Below are positions 12,701 to 20,000 of a DNA stretch of 20,000 nucleotides, piece after piece; position 1 is the first letter of the stretch, and each line of letters opens with the position of its first letter. The DNA is from Trichoplax sp. H2 (taxonomy: Eukaryota), in assembly GCA_003344405.1 (NCBI GenBank), contig NOWV01000207.1:108810-128809 (forward strand), given 5' to 3'. A program made the position numbers and the translations under genes. Below the pieces are notes generated by a model. That model ran no database searches, was not told where the DNA came from, and was given only the letters and a program-made list of their open reading frames with translations.

Positions 12701-14205
12701 AATATCCAAATTCTCAGCCACTTGTGTCGGAGATGGATTGTTGAGTCGTTGCTTGGTAAATATTTTTCGAACAGAAGTTTTCCCCACATTGCGAGCGCCA
12801 ATGAACATGCCTCGTATTAAATGATTAAAGCAATGACCATGTTTTAAGCTTTTGCGATATGCATTGTAATATTTCTTTTCTTGCAAAGCTGTAGAACAAC
12901 AAAATACAGAATAGGGTTACGGTTATCCATCGCTCTCTTGTCTACTACTGTATTAAAACTCCACTTACCTTTCTCTTGTACGTCTTGATTGTTGTGACTG
13001 CCGTCGATAGTATTTGCTGGCGCTATAACGTTGTTGGTTTGATTCGGTTGAAATAGTTCAACGATACTTTTGATCCAATTTCTCGCTATTGATGTCGACG
13101 ATTTCTGCTTCTGGAGAGTCATTTCGATATTCTTTCCTATCCTTGTAACTAGGCCATCATTTCCGCTTGGGGCTGCGATATGGAGCGACTTGTCATACAT
13201 ATCCATAGCCTGATCGTACTTGCCTTGGCATCTATAGACAACTCCTATGTTGTTATATGACTGCGCAACATGGGGATGATTTTGACCAAGGACTGACAAT
13301 TCAATTTGCAGTGACTTGTTCAACATATCCACAGCCTGATCGTACTTGCCTTGGTCATAATAGACACATCCTATGCTGTTATATGAGTTGGCAACATCGG
13401 GGTGATTGTGACCAAGGACTGACAATCGAATTTGCAGTGACTTGTCATACATATCCACAGCCTGATCGTACTTGCGTTGGTGATGATAGACAACTCCTAT
13501 GTTGTTATATGACTGCGCAACATGGGGATGATTATGACCAAGGACTGACAATCGAATTTGCAGTGACTTGTCATACATATCCATAGCCTGATCGTACTTG
13601 CCTTGGTCATCATAGACAAGTCCTATGTTGTTATATGACCACGCAACATGGGGGTGATTGTGACCAAGGACTGACAATCCAATTTGCAGTGACTTGTCAG
13701 ACATTTCCAGACATAAGTCAAGCTTGTACAAGTCGAAGTAGACGCACCCAATTTGATGATAACTATCGGCAAGACGAGCATCCTTTTCGTCTAACCATTT
13801 TAATTTCATTTCCAACGATTTCTTACCGTCTTGCAGTGCTCCGTTGTAATCCCCTTGGCGTCTCTTAATCTCGCTTTCTCTTTGTAAACATTGAGCCATG
13901 CTCACTTCATCTTGCAGTTTAGTAGCCACAGTTTGTCCCTTTTTACTCCAATCAACAGCTTCCTTGAATTGATATTGTAAAGTGTGAATGTCACAAAGAC
14001 CAAGATAAATATCGCATGCAAGTCGATCAATATCCGCACTAGGATTCGACAACGAAGCAATCGCATCGACAGCTTGTGTATAACAAGATAGTCCGTCCAC
14101 CAACTGGAAGGCAGTCTTGCATGAGTTGCCCTTGTCGTACAGTGATTGTATACGGGTATGGTGAGGAAGCCCACTCGTGGAAGAGACAGATTCATCGTCA
14201 GCCAT
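9450..14205 (-). CDS. Spliced ROCO-family gene: TPR repeats - Roc GTPase - COR - Death domain (~1246 aa; ~1252 aa with two extra microexons)
   Basis: Exons 14205-12969, 12888-10696, 10431-10405 and 9733-9450 are bounded by canonical GT/AG sites. All introns are phase 1, and the exons sum to 3741 nt, giving one open frame ending at TGA 9450. Domain motifs were recognised by eye. Confidence 0.85.
9970..9981 (-). CDS. Candidate 12-nt microexon (phase 1-1)
   Basis: AAATTTGTTCAG|ATTGTTTATCCA|GTAAGC is frame-preserving with no stop. Support is splice-site pattern only. Confidence 0.4.
10155..10160 (-). CDS. Candidate 6-nt microexon (phase 1-1)
   Basis: AATATTCTAG|CTACTA|GTAAGC is frame-preserving with no stop. 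Support is splice-site pattern only. Confidence 0.3.
10310..10413. repeat. Dispersed direct repeat, copy 1 (copy 2 at 19897-20000)
   Basis: 104 bp matching 19897-20000 with 2 mismatches by eye; mostly intronic. Confidence 0.95.
10405..10431 (-). CDS. 27-nt symmetric (phase 1-1) linker exon, (D)RWKDTKDK
   Basis: TTTTTATTCCACTACTTTAG|ACCGATGGAAAGATACCAAAGATAAAG|GTAAAC preserves the frame. Its 3' end and donor recur at 19990-20000. Confidence 0.7.
10696..12888 (-). CDS. Roc-COR exon
   Basis: G1 GARNVGKTS, G2 SPTQV, G3 KIWDFAGHAVYHLTHYPF followed by SIYILVFNI, and G4 IILVASHGD. COR hallmarks are PIPIRW, LMYLHDLGEVIY, IITNVDWL, YFVPYLL and LPDGIYYCL, followed by CSEC...CKHC. The exon ends at donor TGGATAG|GTAAGC. 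Confidence 0.9.
12889..12968 (-). other. 80-nt phase-1 GT-AG intron joining the TPR and Roc exons
   Basis: Minus strand reads AAAG|GTAAGTGG...TTCTGTATTTTGTTGTTCTACAG|CTTTGCAA. Splicing gives ...QEK-A-LQEKKYY in frame. Confidence 0.9.
12969..14205 (-). CDS. First coding exon: tetratricopeptide-repeat region (42-aa kinesin-light-chain/nephrocystin-3-like TPRs)
   Basis: Repeats of the form SVLGHNHPHVAQSYNNIGVVYxxQGKYDQAxDMYDKSLQIRL are preceded by degenerate TPRs. The first ATG is at 14205 (the ORF-track start at 14217 is GTG). The exon ends at donor GAGAAAG|GTAAGT. Confidence 0.9.
13187..13699 (-). repeat. Four near-identical 126-bp coding repeats (TPR units)
   Basis: GACTTGT(C/T) anchor recurs every 126 bp from 13187 to 13691 (504 = 4 x 126), with very high nucleotide identity between units. 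Confidence 0.95.
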
Positions 14206-17200
14206 CTTTTCCTGCACTCAATTCAATAGTATGTGAGTTAAAGACTTGAACGACAGGTTAGAGACAAATAAGATTCAAATCAAGCTTCGTTGCAACCATT
14301 AATGACTAATCATCGGATCGATATTATCTCCATGTATTAATGAGATTATGTCGAAATGGTTGTACTTGCGTGTTAGTCGTAGTTCAACAGAACAACATCA
14401 ATTATTCCATTATAGACAATTTTCAAGCATCAATAAATCAACTTCTACAATGTCGTCTATTAATTCCGCATGGAAGATTATCCGAAAATCAATCTCTGTA
14501 GATAATTACTGAAGGCAACGCTATCGAACAATCGTGTGCTTACGTGTACATTAACAAAATGCATTCCAGCTTACAAATAGATTATACTCATAATCATAAT
14601 AACCATCAAATAACAATCTTTTTATTCTAATAGACAACAGCAAATAAATGCTAGCTACATCAATGATAGTGTAAAATAAGAGAGGATGCTTGCAATATAG
14701 TTTCGTTGGCGTCGTTTACCTATCTTTAATTTCTATTTTTACTTGAAATACAATGTATAATGATGGATACCTAACGAAATAGGTTACTTACCAATGGATG
14801 TTTTAAAAATCGGCTAATAACAACTTGATGATTTTGCTGTAACGTAGATTTAATCCTACCAATCCGACTGCGCGCTGCTTTTTGCAACAGGGGCTAATGG
14901 ATAAAAAGAGAAGGACAGGTGACATAAAACTCTACTCGGCTAAACAGCTCTATCCAACTACATATACGCTAAATACACGCACTGATCAGCACATCTAAAT
15001 ACTACAGTGTATCAGCGATTACAGACTACTAACTCATTGGTTATTTCCTAACTATAAAAACTCCTTGCAAAGTCCTGCACGAGGAAGGGCTCTATTGATA
15101 ACCATGAAGCTTGCTTGCTAGAAATCCCAGTTAAACCTGCGGCTATGACACGCTTTTATTCGTAAGTAGTCTCTATGTGGATGATGCGATAGCCGACGGA
15201 TAAAGGTAAATAAATAAAATGAAGGTAAGGTAAATAAATAAATTAGGTTTCTTTGCAATGATTTGTGCATAGTCATAAGACCTTATGAAATTAGAACAGC
15301 TCTAATTTGTATTAGTTTATTAAATACGAGTTTAAGATTAACCTACGAGTATCTTCCCTACCGAATTTCTTATATCTTGTTAGCTTAGTAAGCCGTCAAT
15401 CATGTTATTTGCAAAAGTTTGATGCCAATGAACTATTGCATGGGTAGATACAAGTTACCAACAAAATATCGTTCTCTCTAAGTAAGGATAGTTGACATAT
15501 TATCCTTATCCATTTTCTTCTATTACAGTCTATCAATAAAACTATCATTTTATCAACAATTTAATTGCAGTCTACCATACGCTATTTATTGTCGTGGCTC
15601 CGCAGTCTGTGTTCATTGCAATTCAATTTGATAATGAGCTTGTTACTGCCATATAAAACTCTCAAATTATCAACTATGAAATTCATCAAGTAATAACTTA
15701 AAGGGGCGACTGTTCAGGATAGGTTACTGATAGTAAACTGCGAGAAAGAATAGCGATGAATATTATATAACATAGAGACATAGAGAAATGATAGCAGTCT
15801 ATTTCAATATACATCATTGACATTATCCGATCCATTGAATCTACTGTAGCTCAACAAAGAATACCATAAATTTAATAAAAGATATTGCTTGTAACAAATA
15901 TTATCATTTTGTATACAACGTTCGTAGTCCGATGATGAATTAATGATAAACATTTGCATGGTCAAATTGTAAGCCATACTAATAAAGATTGTACAATCGC
16001 AATCATGAATTTTTTAGACTAACCAGATACATCAACAACGGATTACAACATTGGATATGCAATAAAACGGATTAATCACTTGACTGATCAGCAGTAGCAT
16101 ATTCTACTTTAATTGGCAACAGGCATCCAATACAGGCATTGCAGTACAACAAGGCACCATCCTCTCAGCACTTACGCTCGCTGCATTCTCGCGCCAAAGA
16201 AGCTTCTTAGTCAACAAGTTCAGCTTCAATCCATGCTCACAGAACTCATTCTCAAGGATAGGTAATCATTTCTACGAGCATAACTCAACAGTTTTCAACA
16301 AACAAGAAGTATTTTATGATCGGAATAGAGTAAAGTAAGATCAAATTAAAATCTCCTGACAGAATTGGCGTGAGTACTGTTTGGCCTGATTGCAAATTGC
16401 ATGCTATCGATACAAGATGTAACCCTTCATACATACTGGAAGTACTGCAATCCATAGCAATTCCATATGATTACTACCTTAATTTTATTCAATAATTAAC
16501 AATCAATAAATTGTTAATATACACCATTTAAAGAAAATTTTTAGTATACTTTTATAAACTGTTTGACAAATGACAGTAAAAAATCAACGGAATACAGTAG
16601 CGCATGATGAAGATGATATCAAGCGACTCAGCAAGATGGCTTAGTTATTGGACTCATCATCGATGATGATCGCCAATAAAACAGTGGCCAACAGTAATTT
16701 CTGCCATCGGAAGAACAATCTTCATATTAATTCAAGGAGGCTAAAAGATGCAACATTAAAAGAAACGAATCATCTACGCTTATTTCTCGTATGCACTAAT
16801 TTACGCTACTTTAACATTGATGCCCAAGGCACGCTAATGTTGGCTTCAGACAATAGAGCTAAAATGGACATGGTTGGTACTTTCATCAACTACATGGAGG
16901 AGAATTACCAAGTCTATGCTATACGTGCATGCTCACAAATTATTCCTAGTCAAAATAATAGACCAATCTCAGCTCTAAAAATGCTGCACAGTGCAAAATG
17001 GAACAGAGAATTTGGACAGTCTCCACGCTGTACTACGTTATTTTAAGTAAACTTACTTCTTAAAGCTTCCTAAACTGTTTCTACATGAAGTTGATACCAA
17101 TGCAATAAGTTCAAAACCAATATTGAGCGGTTAACTGGTAACATCAGGGTAATTTGCTCAACTCTGGTTAAAACAGGTCATGACATTTTACAGGTGCACT

Positions 17201-19429
17201 AGCTGTACTACCATCTTATACCAAGTACTAACTCGTCTAAAATAATCAAGACAGGAGCATTCTCGTGGAAGCTGATATGCTATCGAAACTGCGATTTGAT
17301 GCAGTACACTAATGTATTCTAGCTTATAAACTGTCCGTTTACTGTACAAGACTAATCAATTTCTCCATGAGGAGTACTAGAGTAGCTTCTCAAACTTGGG
17401 TAATAGCAACAAAGGTTGTACCCGCTCCATGAGCAGTGGCGCTCGACGATTACAGGAAAGGTACCGATGGTGCAATTTTAAACGAACCATAGACGGATTC
17501 TACTTGATTTTATTCATTTGATCTTCCATTGACTCCAATTATTCAAGAGTCTTTTACTCGTTTTAGCTCATACTGTCTTGATGAAATGTCGTACAAATTG
17601 GCAGGACAAGCCTGGAGCGAGATGGAAAGATCAAATACAGTAAAGCAATTTCGTCTTAATTTCGTACTTCGTAGCAATCATGACTAGAAGCTATTCACAG
17701 TCGATAACTGGCAATTAACTAGCTCTTCTTACAATTCATTATAGCAAACGATTTCTTTTTTCTCAGAATCTTTATAACTTTCATAAAGTAGGTTAATTTT
17801 ACCGTCTGAAACAACGTCACTTTGCATAAAATAGTACAGCATTAACAAGTTTAACTCACGATTAGTACAAGCAAAAATGAATAGAAACCGTAATTAACAA
17901 ACGCTTTAGAATACTTTACAATTATAAATGTTTTATCTTTCACCAGCAATTTATAAGTGCTCCATAAGTATTTAAAGTAAATTTATGATGCTTATCATAT
18001 TGTCATTTCGTTGTGTACAGGAATAAAATGTTAAAAACTTAATTTTTACATCAGCAGACTCTTACACAAAACGTGATTGTGATGGCGAAGCTAAAAGATT
18101 GAAATCAATCACATTGAGCATTGCTAATATTGTCCATTAAATTGTTGGTTTATTTCAACCAAGGCAAAATAAAACATTATTTTCTTATAATGCTATTTAT
18201 TTTGATCATGAAAAAAAGCAAATAAGCACAAATAGACCATCAATAAATTAGAAGCAAGATATGTATGACGTAAGTATGTAAGTATGACGTTGTTTTAGTT
18301 ACTTGCCAACCGGATAGAAAAGGTTATTTTTATCATTTTACACCATCCAGTATTTATATTTTCTAGCTTGACTACTCGAGCATTTGATAAAGAGTTTACT
18401 ACATTTTTAATCTCAATAGAGTACAGTATTGAGTTATAAGAGCTCAATTAAGCAATTATAGGCTCAGAAATTAAGTCTCTTGATTTATGATAATTGCTTA
18501 TGATTTTATTTATTTAAGTAATTTTATTATGTTGCTATTGATGACAATACAGTATGAAAGAATACGAGAAGTATTTTTTTCAGTAGAAAAAGTAAGTCAT
18601 GGATATTGCAACCAAACTTAGCTAACTAATGCTATTGGTAATAAACAATGAAATTTTTATATTGCTTTTATCAAAGTTAGGAGTAGCAGTAGCATAATTA
18701 ATACGTGTGTTACAATTCAGAATAGTTAATATCACTAGAAGTAAAATAGAGTAGATAAGATTTTATAAATTTACGGTACGTTTATACTTCAAAATGAGCG
18801 ATCTTGTAGGCACAACTTAACGCTATCAATAACAACATAAATATCTTCCAACTACCCTATTGAAAAATCAAAAATCATATTTCAATGTAATAAAGATAAA
18901 TTAATCACAAAAATTCTAAGCTTGATCAGTTAATTCAATACGTACTGCTTAATGTCAAATTTAATTCAGTATTTATATACATGTTAAATGTTATTTATAT
19001 ACATGTTAAATGTTCGATCTTTAAATGAGCTCTATTTTTAAGTGCACGCAAATACAGGAGCTGTAAAGTTGGGATTACTTTGATCGATGCAACAGATTCT
19101 ATCAATTGACTAGCGATAGAGCAATTTTAGCTATCACAGGCCCTTTACAGCTAAAGTTTCGGAAAAAGCTGTACTTTCTAAATTACGAAAAAGCTATATT
19201 ATTAATTACCGGTACTCGTTCTGTGCGTAATAAGCTGAAATACCAACTATTGATTTAGTTGAGTACAGTATAACAAAACTGTAAATTGAAAATCTAATTT
19301 CATTATATAGTTGATGTACTATTCTCTACTCTGATCGTTTTATTGTTATTTCTACTCGAAAGTGGGATAATCATGTATCACATCGTTAAGTTTTAATCGT
19401 TAGGTCTATTCGTAAACTTTAATGCTTAC

Positions 19430-19539
19430 CACTATGGACGTTTTCCACTGTTATTTTCCAATATGTTAAAGCATTGCAAAACTCATCAAAGGCTCTATCG
19501 TCACGCTCAGGCAGAATATCCAATAAAGTCCAAACTTTT
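19430..19539 (-). CDS. CARD domain, second exon (not in ORF track)
   Basis: Acceptor TTTTGTTTTACAG| then (E)KVWTLLDILPERDDRAFDEFCNALTYWKITVENVHS, which resembles the RAIDD/caspase-2-type CARD motif LLDILPxRGxxAFxxFxxAL. It ends at a phase-1 donor G|GTAAGC or reads through to TAA at 19419. Confidence 0.88.
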
Positions 19540-19695
19540 CTGTAAAACAAAATTAAATAATTACGATAACTGCTCTCCGACTACAAAATTTATTCTTGCA
19601 GTAAATAAACAAACTATTAATTTAGCCTGCCATTGCATATTAGATAGAATACTGTTTAACAGTTACTGAACATGTACTATTTAAAAATTCCTTAC

Positions 19696-19858
19696 TCAGA
19701 AGCGGTCAATTTAGATTCGATTGTTTGTTTGTGGAATGATGTTAATATACTCGCTCCAAGTAAATATTCACATATCGGTGAGATTTGATCCTGACATTTT
19801 TCAGCAAGTAACATTCGATTGGCTCTTAGGATTTCACGATGTTCTTGAGTCATTGATC
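19696..19858 (-). CDS. CARD domain, first exon (not in ORF track)
   Basis: GTCCTCAG|GA TCA ATG gives (G)SMTQEHREILRANRMLLAEKCQDQISPICEYLLGASILTSFHKQTIESKLTAS(E), with the typical CARD start MxxxHRxxLRxNR. Donor TCTGA|GTAAGG is phase 2 and matches the acceptor at 19540. The 5' boundary is less certain. Confidence 0.85.
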
Positions 19859-19896
19859 CTGAGGACGTTTTGGGTAATTGAGGTAATTGGGTTTTT

Positions 19897-20000
19897 AGTA
19901 ATTGCTCTTAATCATATTTGAATCAATCTAAAATTGAATTACTAAATGCAATTGAGAATGATTGATAGATATCAATTCAATAGAGGTTTACCTTCATCTT
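19897..20000. repeat. Dispersed direct repeat, copy 2; contains the 3' end of a paralogous linker exon (19992-20000, minus strand) and its donor
   Basis: Minus strand AAGATGAAG|GTAAACCTCTATTG versus AAGATAAAG|GTAAACCTCTATTG at 10413-10391. The match runs off the window edge. Confidence 0.92.

Noticed and set aside
10688..14195. Short antisense and alternate-frame ORFs overlapping the ROCO exons
   Set aside because: They are shadows of the real coding frame; the repeated 13257-13868 peptides simply mirror the TPR repeats.
10637..14217. Two overlapping ORFs read as a prokaryotic operon or frameshifted gene
   Set aside because: An 80-nt canonical intron joins them in frame. The ORF-track starts (GTG 14217, TTG 12886) and tails (KGKWSF..., GKHVRINSSF...) are artefacts of reading through introns.
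16100..17700. 132-aa ORF at 16648-17046 and flanks as a possible decayed transposase
   Set aside because: TTG start, no catalytic motif or terminal repeats that I can identify, and only a vague resemblance (FINYMEENY). A BLASTX or Dfam search would be needed.
19463..19921. Plus-strand ORFs of 68 and 66 aa
   Set aside because: They are antisense to the CARD exons and intron, which explain the region much better.

Overview
AT-rich eukaryotic genomic DNA with short GT-AG introns. The intron style and the 42-aa TPR type suggest an early-branching animal such as the placozoan Trichoplax (inference only). The main feature is one spliced minus-strand gene (ATG ~14205 to stop 9450). It joins three ORFs that the ORF track lists separately into a protein of about 1,250 aa: near-identical hypervariable TPR repeats, a Roc GTPase, COR, a CxxC/CxxC motif and a Death domain. 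This is a ROCO protein with an NLR-like sensor-switch-effector layout. At the right edge is the 3' part of an apparent tandem paralog missed by the ORF track. It shares a near-identical linker exon end and ~95 nt of intron with the first gene, but then splices to a two-exon CARD instead of a Death domain, which points to effector-domain swapping through phase-1 introns. The left 9 kb has three tandem-repeat arrays and no gene I can support.
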